64,000 nt of DNA from Flaccisagitta enflata (lineage: Eukaryota): the NCBI GenBank assembly GCA_965153355.1, contig OZ231126.1, positions 43,648,001 to 43,712,000 on the forward strand. Reading direction: 5' to 3'. Position numbers and translations under genes: made by a program. Each line of letters starts with the position of its first letter. The stretch's first letter is position 1. The notes under the pieces are model-generated. The model did not search any database and was not told where the DNA came from. It saw nothing but the letters and a program-made list of their open reading frames with translations. Positions 10,313 through 28,567 of this stretch are shown piece after piece.

Positions 10313-11364
10313 CTCTGGTGACAACTGATTTGTGTCAACCAATATGATTCTAACCAGCTTGCCCCATCTTAGTCGAGCAGAATATTCAATACCATAGATT
10401 TTAAATAATGAGTCTCTTGGAATATTTATTTTGTGATATGGTGCATGGTGCATGGGCTGTGGATCTCGCGATCTCTCATGAATGTACCATTTCCTTCACT
10501 TGGTCATCAAAGAAAAGCTGAGTCTATAACGAATTTCCTTCTGAAATGGAATTAATATTCCCATTGGCTTGAAGTGACTCTAAATTGCTGCATAATATTC
10601 CAATCGACCTGAATCGACCCAGAGCGACCCAAAGAGACTCAAAGGCGACTCATCGACTTATTGGATTGCATTGAAAATAATCTTCTCATGGACAATATGC
10701 GCGCTCTCTGGATGAGAGATTCGCAACCTAGATATGATTGATCTCCTGAGCTTCGACCCCGTCCTAAAGCCAGGCCTTCAATCTTTCTTTTCTCTTTTTT
10801 TAGGTGCGACAAAGCACCTCTATAACTGGCTCTGTCCGTCGGTTGGTCGGTTGGTTGGGTAACGCATTCGTTCGACGATCCACACGTCGCACCTTATTGG
10901 CCTACTTGGCCTTGTTCGTTTCCCTCTCCATTTCATTTGGGATTTTTTTTCGTGAGATCCTCACGTGAAGTCGAAATGTGAAACTGGATCTTGATTTTTT
11001 TTTTCGGGGGGGGGAGGGGGGAAAGAGAGAAGAAAGGAAAATTGGGCAGCCGCCACGAAAATTCAACTTGATGAGTTATGTAAATTCCATCGCGGGTGGG
11101 TAGGGGTGGGGATAGAAAAGGGTAACCAAGCATTTGGGCAGGAGCAAAAATGCAAAAAAAGCCGAAATCGCCGAAAAAAAGCGAAGTGTTAACCGACGGG
11201 CCGACCGACATAGCGGATTGTAGAGTCGCGTGCACGCGACTAAAAATGATAGGTGTCAGATTTTATCACTATGAACAATGACATACTGCACTAATTGAGG
11301 AATTTGGCATGCTTTGTGAATCCTTGTTTTGAGGTAACTCACAACCATTCAGTAGGATTTTTCT

Positions 11365-11547
11365 TGTAAGTCGCGTGCTACGCGACTCTACACCCCGCTT
11401 TGTCTGTCGGTCGGTCGGTCGGTTGGTTGGTTGGTTGGTCCCCTTTTTACTTTTTCGGCGTTTTTGAGCTTTTTGAGCCTACTGCTCCTGCCCAAATGTT
11501 CCGGTGACCTTCTCCTCCAGCACTGCCCCTGTGTATCCGGCCTTGTT
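11365..11547 (+). mobile_element. Representative copy of an abundant short interspersed family, DINE-1/HINE (Helentron-associated)-like
   Basis: 5' palindrome AGTCGCGTGC(T)ACGCGACT, (GTCG/GTCC)n tract and 3' GTGTATCCGGCCTTGTT. Related copies near 10800, 11100-11245 (-), 13240, 14098, 23500 (-), 25680 (-), 30375-30550 (-), 34275-34580 (-), 35940-36060 (-), 39968-40153, 46635-47110 and 48855. Family assignment is by architecture only. Confidence 0.6.
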
Positions 11548-12057
11548 TTAAGGAAATTTACGGTGTCGATGACCTATCAGTACAAATGGCCTTTCTCCAT
11601 CTTGGCAAAAAAAGCAGATGAAAAATCCTCGATTAAAATTTGTCAGACAAGACTGACACCCATTCGGTTTTTACGACTGCCCCTTAATTATCTCTGCCGG
11701 TGAGATCGGACTTTTTTTCTGAGTGGCGGACAGGCAACTATATAGTAGGCTGCGTCCTTCCGTTGGTCCGTCCTTTGAACCGTCGCGTCTGTCTGTCCGC
11801 CCATGATGCTTGAGTTGAAAGATGTGAAATCGCGCATTTTCGCCCCCGCCATCTATTCCACGAGTAGCTTAAATAATATATATTTTATTAAGCCATGGAC
11901 TAATATCGATGGGTTCACATCAAGCAAGACAGAGCGCAGTTGTGCGAAGTCAAAGGACCATTGTACGACGTGCGGCGTGGTCAATGGGCACAGAGAAGTG
12001 CAAGATTAAGAACTCTCTCTCTCTCTCTTTCTCTTTCTCTTTCTGTTTCTCTCTTTC

Positions 12058-12181
<124 letters not shown>

Positions 12182-12679
12182 GCGCGTTTAAACTTGTGCC
12201 TGTGTTTGAGTCGGGATGTTGTTGTTAAAAATGCTCATCTTCGTCTATCGCCCATCAATCGAGAAAGAGAGCAAATTTCATCTTCGCGTTTGCTTTAATT
12301 CTTTTTGATGTAAAAAAATACTTTTTTTTCCTTTTTAAAGAAAAAAAAAAAGATGCGCACCAATGATCGTGGCTTAATTGCTTGAAAATATTCATATAAC
12401 GTCTGGCCACAAATTGTTGTCATTTGAGGAAAAGACAATTGAAAAATATATTCAATCTTCTAATACAAACTTTATCTGAAACAACGTATATTTTTCTCTC
12501 TTTTTCATTTGTAGATAATCAATTTGCACAGTAAATGATCATCTTATTCTCTTCACAAATATGGGCATTAATGACGATAAATGCAAAGCAGATGTTATTT
12601 ACTGGTATGATGGTGATCTTGACTTTCATTTTGGTTGAAGAAAAAAGGAATTTGTGAAAGAAAAAAAAAGAATTAAGGC

Positions 12680-14613
12680 CAGGCCTGAGCTATATAGCAT
12701 TTTTGTCAACTATACAATACCAATACAATACTTTCAAGTATTGGGACAATACAATACAATACCAATACAATACAATATTCATCAAAATTCTATACAATAT
12801 ATTATTATAGCATAAAATACAATACAATATATATATATGATTTTATATACAGTGGGAACCCGATTTAACGACCTTGAAGGGACTGGGGAATTTTGGTCGT
12901 TAAATCCGAGTGTTGTTAAATCGAATTTATAGTTTTAGATACATATAGTTAAGATAGTTTTGAAATATATTTTCATATGTTTGTGTATGTACTCACCATA
13001 GCATTTGTATAACTGGTCAACAAACCATCACATAAGCTAAGAGGTAGTCTCTTTTAGTATTAGTATAACATATTTGTATGAAAAGTGGAACAAAATACCT
13101 CACTATATCCAAACTGAAATAACTGGAAGAGGGCCTTATGAACCCCCATTGAATATCACATGTAATGAGTTTTATATCAAATTGTTTCAAACAAAATTGA
13201 TTTCAAACCTCTTAGTCTATGATATGGCATCATTTTTAGTCTCTTGCTTCATGCCTCTACACCTTACATTGTCCGTTTGTCTATCCGTTGATTGGGCACA
13301 CTTTACTTTTTTTATGATTTTCATTCTTGCCTAAATGCTCTAGTGACCTCAAATATGGCCCCTGCCTACCCGCACGCGACTGGGGTAGCCGTGTATCTGA
13401 CTTTATTGTAAAATGTCTTCATGTTTGACCTCATGTTTGACCTTTTTGCATTTTTAGAGTATATTAAAACCTAAAAGTATTGAAATAAAAATTTTAGGTT
13501 ACAGAAAATTATCAATTAAGAGGTTGATGTCACTAAATCAGGTTACGGTCATCCATAGGACTTAAAAATAGCGACTTTAAATCAGGTTTGGATGTTAAAT
13601 CAGGTGTTGTTAAATCGAGTAGAATTAACATGACAAAAGCCTGTAAAGATTTGGGACTAAATAGACTTGGCTGTTAGATCCGAAATGTCGTTAAATCAGG
13701 TGCGGTAGTCCACTGTAGTTTTAATAATAAGTAATAAGTAGTAATATATATCAAATTGATTATAGTTAGATAATATACTAATAATTCTAAAAGAATATGA
13801 TGATTTTAATCATTATATAGATATTTTGTTATACAGGAATAACTGAAAAATTGTCAATTGATAAAAGTTTTTGATAAAAGTTTTGTTTCATTTTTTGTTA
13901 TTCTGTCTTTATCCATAGTACTTTTTTTCTTTTACACTTATCTATTTGTTTCTTTTTTTGTCTAGATCTGATTCTTTTTTTTTTATTTTGTGTTTCTTAT
14001 TATCTTTCCCTGTCTGTTTCTTTCTCTCTCCTATAGATTCTTTATTTTCCTCCTCATCCTTCCAGCTTCTGACCACTGATTGTTTCTTTCATAGATTTTT
14101 TGTCGCGGACTAGCGGATCTATAAGAGGCTTTGTCCGTCCGTCCGTCCATCGGTCGGTTGGTTGGTTGGTCCGTCATGCTCGAGTTGAAAAGTGGGAAAA
14201 CATGCATTTCCACCCCTGCCCACTCGTCCGCGACTGGTATTGGCCGTGTATCCGGCCTTGTTCTTCTTCTTCTTGTCTACCCACTTAATCTGTCATAAAT
14301 TCTTCTTCCTCTTCCTCTTTTCATCCTTCACCCACTTTTACTCTCAGCAAATCGTCGTCTGCTCCTTTTATCTTTCATCATCTCCACTTCTTTTGTTTTC
14401 CCTCAAACTTAGGGCTGCCCTTCCTCTTCCTCCTCATCTCCTTCAGTCTTTCTCTCATATATTTCACTTTGCTCAGATCAGTTTTTTCATAATATTGTAT
14501 AGTATTGTATTTTAGTGGAAAAATAACAAAATGAACTACATGTATTGGGAAAACCCAATACACAGGAATATTGTAAACCCAATACCAATACCCAATACAA
14601 TCGCTCAGGCCTG
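12680..14613. mobile_element. Non-autonomous hAT-like element
   Basis: TIR CAGGCCTGAGC at both ends; 8-bp TSD ATTAAGGC (12672-12679, 14614-14621); subterminal CAATA repeats. Confidence 0.85.
12850..13715. mobile_element. pogo/Tc1-mariner-like MITE nested in the hAT-like element
   Basis: TA|CAGTGG...GATTTAACGAC at the left and GTCGTTAAATC...CCACTG|TA at the right; repeated TTAAATC motifs. Confidence 0.7.
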
Positions 14614-14794
14614 ATTAAGGCAGCATCACTATAGAAATTTTTGCTTCCACATGACGAAAAATTGAAGGGTCTAAAATCTTTGAATGATTATTGTCCAGGA
14701 GATAGACTTTCTTCATTGACCAATAAAAAGTTTCTGTGATCATACATTTTTTATCGATTCTTTACGAAGCAAATAAAAAAACAAACACTAGACT

Positions 14795-18659
<3,865 letters not shown>

Positions 18660-19180
18660 TGATATGTCTTTTACTTGAAAATCGTGAGCAAAATGTAAAG
18701 AGGCTTACCAGTGGCAGTGGCCACCTTATGATGAGCTAGCTGCCAACAGTGTCATCAGGTTTCTTATTTGATGAGCTACTACCAGTGATATAAGCTTACT
18801 CATCAAACAATGATTAATAATGCTATGAATATTGATATCTGCTTGAATACTAACAGGTTTTACATAAAAAGTACCAAATTTCTTTAGATCTTGTTTCTTT
18901 TTTATGTAAGAGCTGTTATCGGATAAGTGTCCTTTGTTATGCCAGTTTTGATTGTTTTTGCTTGTTGAATGCATGAGTTTGAAATTCTTTTCTGATTATC
19001 ACTTGTTTGGCATCCATGGATTTAAATAATGACAAATCATAACAGACTCTGTTTGATGCTTCTTAGACAATAAGATCCATTGCGCTACGCTTCGGCAGCA
19101 GAATTTGTTGTTACGAAATCATGTGATTACTAAAAACCAATTTTTTAACCTACAAACTCTAATCAAACCACGCAACCACA

Positions 19181-19395
19181 ATGACCTCACCGATCCCGGA
19201 CGAAGATGCGGAGGAGGAGTCGGAGATTCCGACCGGAAGTGACGTCATCACGCCTTTCGATCGCTGCTTCCACGCCTCCATCAAGTACAAAGACTTTCCG
19301 GCCCTCGGAGCCGCACTCATGGCTCCAGACGCAGATCTCAATAAAATCTACCGGAAAAAGACGCCGCTCATATTAGCTATTCAGGTTGAGAAAAG

Positions 19396-19427
<32 letters not shown>

Positions 19428-20036
19428 AGGCATAGATTAGGCTGAACTGCAGTGCAACGCGACAACAGTCCCCCGACTCCCGAGCGTTGGTAAATATCCG
19501 TTATACTTTAAATCACGATCACGATCACGATCTCGATTACGCTTATATTTCATCATTTTAATTTCATCTCTTGAAGAAAAGCCTATTGCAGTTCATGAAG
19601 GTCACAGCATAAAAATTGAAAATGGACGTTTCGTTTCCTACCAAATCTAAATGATGCGTTATTTTGCGACGTTTTTCATCATAATCAGTGACTTGTCAAT
19701 AAGTCATTATCGACTATTCTATTGGGAAAAATATATCGGTGAGGGCGCGACAGCATTATGCAAATCAGATAAAAGTCGATCTTTATCTCGCGTATAACTA
19801 CAGACGGATTGGCTGGAAGGTGTGGAAGCGCTGTTGGGTTTGCGACCGCTTCCAAGCGGGAAGACGAATCCATCCGCCTCCAAAGTCGACATTAACGCCA
19901 AAGATGGCTACGGATTTGCGCCCCTGCACTACGCCGCGCTTAGAGGCGATATCAACATGGTCGACGCTATCGTCAAAAAAGGTCGTTTTAATGTCGTTGT
20001 AAATGTTGTTTAAGGGCGTCGATGATGACCGAATGT

Positions 20037-20131
<95 letters not shown>

Positions 20132-20224
20132 GGTTTTGTTGTTGTTGTTCGAAGCTATCGTCAAAAAAGGTCGTTTTAATGTCGTTGTAAATGTTGTTTA
20201 AGGGCGTCGATGATGACCGAATGT

Positions 20225-20316
<92 letters not shown>

Positions 20317-20321
20317 GCTGG

Positions 20322-20406
<85 letters not shown>

Positions 20407-20452
20407 GATGCTGGTGATGTTGTTGTTGTTGTTGTGGTTGTGGTCGTTGTCC

Positions 20453-20526
<74 letters not shown>

Positions 20527-20586
20527 ATTGTTATTGTTATTGTTGTTGTTGTTGTTGTTGTTATTGTTATTGTTATTGTTATTGTT

Positions 20587-20628
<42 letters not shown>

Positions 20629-22300
20629 GCTGTTGTTGTTGTTGTTGGAATTTTAATTTAAAATCAATCTTTCCCCTCCTTCAGAGGCTCGTTTGGACAC
20701 GACGACGCCGAAATGTCAGACTGCGCTCCACCTTTGCCTCCGTCGGGAAAACAAAGCCGCTTCCGATTCCGAGTATCGAGCAGTCGCCGCTTTTCTCGTC
20801 GACGCCGGAGCGCCCCTCGAAGCCGCCGACAAATGGGGATACACGCCGCTTCATAGGTGAATGCTTTTCTCGTAACTAGGTCAACCTTGTTTGGTCAGGT
20901 AATGAGTAGGGGCGGTAAGATACGAAAACAAAATCACAAAGAGTCACCGACGGACTAATCGCACGTCCAACCAATCAAACAATCGATGTCGTGACTGAGA
21001 GACAACAAAAACTTTTAAAATCAGACGAGTGCTGCTGAAGAATTATGCTGGAATCCCTTATATTGTGAAAAGCAACCACTATATGTGCTGGCTAGGTCTT
21101 CAAATTTTTTATCGAATCAAATCAAATGAAGTAATCTTAAATCTTGGTGTGCATTGGGCAGATGTTACTTGATGGAACATTGGGACATACAAACTCCATC
21201 CATTGCGAAAAGGGAAATTAAACTTGCATTCTTGAGCTCGCTATTCAAAAAAAAAAAAAAAAACTGATTTGCATAATGCTGTCAAAAGCTTTACGTCTTG
21301 CCTGCGAATAACACATTTCATAATAGTCAGTTGACACAACACAGGGAACAATTAATTATTTTTTGAGATTTAATGAGAATGATATTTTCTTATTGCAACT
21401 TGACTCGAATGCAGAAATCGTAAACCTTAGTTTGACATCCCATAAATTGGGTGGATCTTGTGGGATATAAACTTGTCGAAATTTTACTACGTCGTAATGG
21501 TAACAAGTGATCACTTTGAGACACGGTGATTCCTGGTCTCGTCGCCTAACGAGATGCGCGGGCTGTTATGGCTCTTTATCCATGAGGCTATGACCCTGTC
21601 GTGGTTAAGGCCAATCATGACCATTGCCATCAGCGACGGAAGGAAATCTCGTCCTTCCCGCACATGCACCTGAACTCAATCATTTCTACGTTTTCAGGGC
21701 TGCTGATCGCGGATTCACGGATTTATGCGTTCAAATCTTGTCCACGTGCACGCGGAGTTTGAACGCCGTTTGTGAGCGGCGTTGGGGTCGATTTTCTCCT
21801 CTGACGCGCGCCGTAATTCGCGGTCACGTGGACACGACGAGGACGCTGATGGAAAAAGGCGCCGATATACATCACAAAGGAGAAGACGGCAAAACACCGC
21901 TTAACTGGGCAGGTGAGGGGCGAGATTGACTTTTTTTGTTCCGAAGGGGGGGGGGGCGATCATGTAAAAATGCCGAAAACTGTCATGTAGCACAGCTTTA
22001 GTATATCCGGCGGTCACTCCATATCTTTGTCTCTTAACTTGATTGACGTTAAAGAGCAGAAGGCGTTACCAGACCTGTACATCTTGTAGTAGCGAGTAGC
22101 GCCGCTACTCGGAAGGGCTGAATGATACTCGGAAGGTTTGGATGGAAGGGAAGCAGGAAGGAAGGAAAGAAGGGAGGAAGGAAGGGAGGAAAGAAGGAAG
22201 GAAGGAAGGAAGGAAGGAAGGAAGGAAGGAAGGAAGGAAGGAAGGAAGGAAGGAGGGAGGTAAAGAAGAAAGAAAAGCCAAAGGCGAAAAAAGCGAAAGC

Positions 22301-22346
<46 letters not shown>

Positions 22347-25148
22347 ACATTTTTTGAGGGGGTTGTTTCAGGAAGAAAAGAGTTTCTTTCTATCGATCAA
22401 TTTATCAAGTGTTTTCTTGTGGTCTGCATATCTCATGTAAAGACAGAGATTAAGGACAATTATCTAAATGTTGCATAACTTTTGACCATGATTTTTGGCT
22501 CAAACGTCTAGAAGCATGACATAAGCGTGTATTTAAAATTTCAAGGCAATAGCATCAATATTTTAGAAATTACAGCCGTTTTTATATATGACAAGAAAAA
22601 AGAAAAACCGACAGTGTTTTTCTCCATTCTCTCACGGAACTTGCCCCCAATACAAATTTCAAATTTTTAAAAAAAAAGTATTTTCCAGGGTATTGGATCT
22701 AGGCAAATTAAGTCATTTCCTATCGATTGCACCCCACTTTTAAAGACAATTTTTGAAAAAAATATTTTGTAAAAATTTTTAGAGGCCCTAAGTAAAAATA
22801 CTCTAAAATTTTCGAGGATTTTTGAAAAAAAAAAAATTTTTCAGGGTATTGGATCTAGGCGAATTGGGTCATTTCCTATTAATTGCACCCTACTTTTGAA
22901 GACCATTTTCCAAAAAAAATTTTTTTTATTTTTTTTCATAAGGCCCCAAGTCGCGACAAAAAAATTTCAAAGTTTTTTTTTTTTAAAGTCAAATTTCAAG
23001 ATTTTGGATCTAGGCAAATTAGGTCATTTCCAATCTGTTTCAAAAAAAATTTTCTCTAGAGGTTTTTTTGGGGGCCCTTAGGGCCCCCTTAGAAGTTAAA
23101 ACATTTTGGCTCACTGAGAGAATGCCGCGTAAGAAATCGAATCTCTGTCAAACAAAACCAAGAACATCTACATCGGTGGTGATTTACGCCTGTCGTGAGT
23201 CTAGACACTTCAGGGGGCGAGTTTTTTTTCAAACAGAGATTCGAATCCAGCCTTATAATTTTAAAGTTGTAGCTTGTCCCCTAGGAAAGTTGTGATGGGT
23301 CCGGATTAAACACCTGTTAGAGCTCCAAAGGCTCTTGTCCTTATTTCAGATATTGTTGAGTAGTAACATTGTGAAACATTCATAGTTAGATATGAAAAGG
23401 CATATGAAAGCATAGGTTGACTAGTCGGAAGATTTTCAGGAAAAATATCTGCTACTCGGAAGGAAAGCAAGATGTACAGGTCTGGGCGTTACAACCATTA
23501 AGAACAAGGCCGTATACACTCCCCGCCAGTCGCGGACAGTGGGCAGGAGCGGAAAACCTCGAAAAACAACTTTGTGACTGAAAGACCGACCGATCGACCG
23601 GGAACGGGACGACCGGCTACATCAATACCTGAATGAAGCAAAAAAAAAAAAAAAAGAAGCAAAAATGAATACAAAACAAAACAAAAAACGAAGGATGGTC
23701 AATGGTCTATACCAAAGATACATAGATGCTCTTAATTCCCGCAGCTTCGCACGGGCATACTTACATCTGCAAACTTTTGATTGACGCTGGCGCGAATTTG
23801 GATGAGGTGGACGTCATCGGCGAAACTGCTCTTTTGTCCTCCATCAAAAACTACAAAACGCTTTCAGCCACTTATTTGCTCAATGAGGGCGCCAATCCCC
23901 ACGTCATGAACAATTTGGGGGAAGTGGCGCTTATGTGCGCCCTCAAATTTAGGTGAGCGCTTAAAGATTTCCGTTTCTTAACTCAAAATTTTTTAGTAAG
24001 TTGAGAATCTCAGGGGAAAATGGGCAAGAGTGTTTCTTAAACTTATTTATTCCTTGTTTAGTTCTTTGAAATCTTCTCATGAGACATGACTAGACTTAGT
24101 TCCTTGATATGCCATCCATAACATGATTACCGATTTCGTCATTCTTGATTTTTTTTTTTCAATCCCGTCAATTTGGAAAGGACGAATCACTAATGAACAA
24201 GTGGAATTTGGAGAGACTAGTTGCTTCAATAATTTCACCGTAATTTAACAGAAATCTAACTGTTGTTGAATTACAAAAGTCGTTTGCTGAGAGAAAGTTG
24301 TTCCATGTTCCATGTTCTTCTTTTTCAAAACCCGATGCCCGTTCTTTATCCAAACCCATGGCCACATTGCCTTCAGTCTTTTGTCAGCGTAATGTATCGT
24401 TTCCATTCTTGTGTCACCGTCTCTCTCTGTGTGCTCGCCATGTTCATTTCCAATTATTGATCATCGTCCTCGGATAGAATGCAGTTAAAAATATGAATGA
24501 ATACCAAATCTACACCGTGTCCTCCTTCGAACTAACAAAGAAATTGACAGATAAAAAACACATAACAACATTAATCGTCTCGTCTTTCATTAACAATGAT
24601 AAAACATTTGTTGTTTTTCTTCTTTCCCTTTTTCTTTGCCTTGTGGTGTGCGAAAGGTCCTTTGCTTGTTTTGGTTCCAGGTTCGAGACCGTCACTACGC
24701 AGCTCATAGAAGCCGGTGCCCACATACATCCCTTCGAAAATCACCTCAAGGTAGATGCTCGGCACGTGAGGCGCGTAGGATGACGTCAACATTTTTTTTT
24801 TCTGCACGTTCATTTTTCATGGCTCGCAATCAATTCTATACCACGGACCATGAAAGTTGACGCAGTTTACATGCCTTCACCAGTACTTTCTTCGTATTGA
24901 ATTGCCTTTTCCCTGTGACCGAAATGGTTTCTGCATCGCTACCCCTGCCCACCGAGGATGAAGAGGCTTTGTTTAGATTGTATTGCATGTGTCCTGCTGG
25001 CAAAATACATTGGGTCGTTGTTGTAACCGTTTTGTTCCGTTTTTTTTTTTCTTCTTGTGTCTCTATTTTGTGATTTTCTTCATTTGAAGCCGCTCGTGTT
25101 TATCATTTCTTCTTCTTTTTTTTTTTTTTTTTGCATGCGTTTGTGTGT

Positions 25149-25202
<54 letters not shown>

Positions 25203-27436
25203 ATGAGAGAGAGAATGAGAGAGAGAATGAGAGAGAGAGAGAGAGCTGGACTTTGGTAGTACTTTGATTATCATTTTGTTTTCTCCAGCAACGTTTGGAT
25301 CACCCGCTGATGACAGCGGCCTCGAGTGGCGACGAAAGAATCGTTGCTCTTTTGGTCTCAAAAGGCGCCAAAGTCGATGCTCGAGATCACCGCGGACTCA
25401 ACGCCATCTACATGGCAGTCAAAAACTCGCACAACGCAGTTGTAAAACAACTTGTGCAAAACGGTACTGGATACTAATTTGTTCTGAATCTTCAAAATTT
25501 ATACGTAATCCAAACACGTTGTTCAATTCATAGATTGGTTGGTGATTGATTGATTGATTGACTAATTGATCGATTTATTGATTGGTAAATGCATCACTTC
25601 AACGGTTAAATGATAAACAAGCCCGATCTGGCTACGATGCATCATCTGCGCGAGTTCTAAAGAGGCGTAATGACGGACCGATGGATGGACCGACCAACAG
25701 ACCCTCTTTACCTAGAGAGATACAATGACGCATCTTGAAATGTTTTGTGTATCAACCTTCGATTTGATAGGGGCCAATGTGAACAGTATGGATGAAGATG
25801 GCAGCACGATCCTGCATCACGTCATGCGCAGGAGAGACAAAGTTCTACCCGCCGAAGATGAACTTGACCATCTGCTCGAAAAGGCAAGTTAACAAAACTG
25901 ACTCTTATTCATTCTTGATTGACCAACAAATTTATTGCTGTCTGATTAATTGATTCATTGATCGACTGATTAAGTTATAACTTAATCAGTCGGTCAATGA
26001 ATCAATTGATCAGCGGTGAGATCGATAGATTGATTTCTACTCATTGCGGTGCAAATAATAACATGCACTTGGGAATTGTCTGCTGAGCTGAGATACATAT
26101 TCTCTAATTGAATGATCGATTGATTGATGTATTCCGCGTTAAGATGTGGCTACGTATTGATCTTTTGTCGTCAGGCCGTTGCTCGGGCGGCCGAAGAACG
26201 AGAAAGAAAAGAGGAAGAAAAACGTTTGGAGGAAGAGAAGAAAAAAGCCGAAGAGGAAAAAGAAAAAGACGAATGGGACAAAGACGACGAGGATGAGGAG
26301 GAGGAGGAAGAGGGAAAGAAAGGGAAGCAAGTCAAGTTGAAGTTCGAAAGGAGGAAAGCGATCCTGTCGGCGACGGACGAAAATGAGGACGACAAAATCG
26401 ACCGAACGCTCGAGGAAGAAGAGAAGGTAAGTATTTCTACAATGGAGAAATTGGGCTTCATTTTTGAATGTGTTTTAGGCACGCATAAGAACGAAACATT
26501 ACAACTCGGATCGTTCACGTTCGCCGTTTCTGCTGTCCATTCGTGTGAGCCATGAAGAATCAGTCAGGTTTTGTGCGTTGCATGTTTTAACAAGTCTAAA
26601 GTGCAACGATTGTCTTCGCCCAGAACCTGAATCCACAAAGATCGGGGTCATCATTCATTTTCCCTAAAAAAGGAGGAAGACGAGTCTTTGATCGAGACGA
26701 CTTCCGTGTTGGACGACGCCGATGCTCAGGATTTTCGGCGTCTCTTTAATTGGACGGATTACGTAGAAACGGCGGAAAAGAGAGAAATCTTCGCGCGACG
26801 TCTCTTCGCACTTGGAGCAGTCTCTGACTTGATCAACAATAGAGGGTAAGGTAAACTTGGAAGGAGTAGCTGTTATACGTTTTTGGTTCCTATTAGCAGT
26901 CAAATGCAACTGCAGTGGAACAGTCAATGAATTGATACGAACGGATTACGAATAAGAATGCACCGTTTGGCTGGTGTACCAACGGGTCATTGGGCGGACC
27001 AACAGATGGGCAACGGTCACAACTCTTTGTCTGAATCACTCTAGAGCCGTTGGAGCCGTTAGAGCCACATTCAAAATTGATTCTCTCTTATCTTCCTCAG
27101 CGACTCGTGTCTCGACGTGGCGCTGCAATCGAAGAATTGGCCTTGCGCCTATTTGCTGGTCTTGTCTGGCTGCGACTTGACGGACACGCAGCATCAATGG
27201 ATCGTCGAGCAAGAACAACTGCAAACGTTCTGGTGGGATCGACTTAAACCTGACGAAGATGACGAACTAGAATACGCCAGAGCTGAGCTTCATTTAGACA
27301 TGTTTAGGTAAATCGATACTTTCATCCTAAAATTCCATGTCTACTACATCGTGTTATTTTAAATAATTAACATTTACTCATATGCGCGCATGGCTCTCTG
27401 TCTGTCTGTCTCTGTCTGTCTCTGTCTCTGTCTGTC

Positions 27437-27516
<80 letters not shown>

Positions 27517-27696
27517 AGGGAAATGTTGACGCTTCGCAGCAATCCTCTTCCGCTGAAGCATCTTTGCCGCATATTCATCCGACGGCATTGGCGAGATCGG
27601 TTACGACAGTTGGCGGCCATGGCAGCGAAATCCACAGACTTTGACGCAGTTGAAATCCCAATATCACTTATCAACTTTATTTTCATGCAGCGTTAA
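19181..27696 (+). CDS. Ankyrin-repeat and SOCS-box protein (ASB-like E3 adaptor), 12 exons, about 714 aa
   Basis: Exons 19181-19384, 19804-19981, 20685-20856, 21698-21912, 23745-23952, 24681-24750, 25289-25463, 25771-25883, 26175-26426, 26673-26845, 27101-27307, 27519-27696 (2145 nt, phases consistent). Many ankyrin motifs (GFAPLHYAA, GYTPLHRAA, GKTPLNWAA). SOCS box PLPLKHLCRIFIRRHW...IPISLINFI. Confidence 0.9.
22070..23484. mobile_element. Non-autonomous hAT-like element in an ASB intron
   Basis: TIR CAGACCTGTACATCTTG; 8-bp TSD GGCGTTAC (22062-22069, 23485-23492). Confidence 0.88.
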
Positions 27697-27934
27697 TCAT
27701 CATTCATGTACATTCATGTGATAAGATATATGTGAATATATATAATATGTATATATATAGCTTTTTGTTGCAATTTCCCCTTAGAGATTGATGGAGCTGT
27801 AATTATCATATGAAAATATTTTTATCTGGTGGTGGGGTAAACAGATTAAGGATAGAGACCTCAGAGGGGGCCCATCTAGGGTCAGCTAAAGGACCAATCA
27901 GTCATAAATAACCAAAATCTTTGCATTTTCAGTT

Positions 27935-28567
27935 GTTTTTGGGCAGCGGCTCCGAAGGGGACGAAGTCCGGTGGAACATAGGGGGACTTTCGTCTGTTAG
28001 TCCATTTGTCTGTTTGTTTGTTTTCCTGCTTCTCAGGCTTCAAACTAGGCCTCTGAGGCCTCAAATCAGCTGTTTTAGGCCTCAAATCATCCCTCTCAGG
28101 CCAAAAATCAGCCCTCTCAAGCCTTAAATTATCTCTCTCAAGCCTCAAATCAGTCCTTTCAGGCCTTAAATCAAGCCCCTGAGGCCTCAAATCAGTCCTC
28201 TAAAGCCTCACTGATGAGTCATCAGTTCTCTTGAGCCGGAAATCATCACTCTTGGGCCTCAAATCATCACTCTTGGGCCTCAAATTGTCCCTCTCAGGCC
28301 TCAAATCAGCCCTCTCAAGCCTCAAGTGAGCTATCTAGGGCCTCAAATAAGCCCTCTCAGACCTGTATCAAGCCCTCTCAGGCTGTAAGTCTGCCCTCTC
28401 AGGCCTCAAACCATGTATAGACGAGCGAACAAATGAAAGTTCCCCTTTAATCTATAGGACTTTGTCCCCTTCCAGGCCACTGCCCTGCTTCCCCCCTCAA
28501 ATTCACAACCATGCAAAGCAGGGCATCGAGTATCGCTGACCACATATTGCCCTTGGGCGACTGGTTT
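27935..28567 (+). repeat. Interspersed repeat with an internal ~21-bp minisatellite (AGGCCTCAAATCAGCCCTCTC)
   Basis: Tandem units at ~28035-28410; related reverse-strand sequence near 29380-29580 and 40240-40770. Confidence 0.7.
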
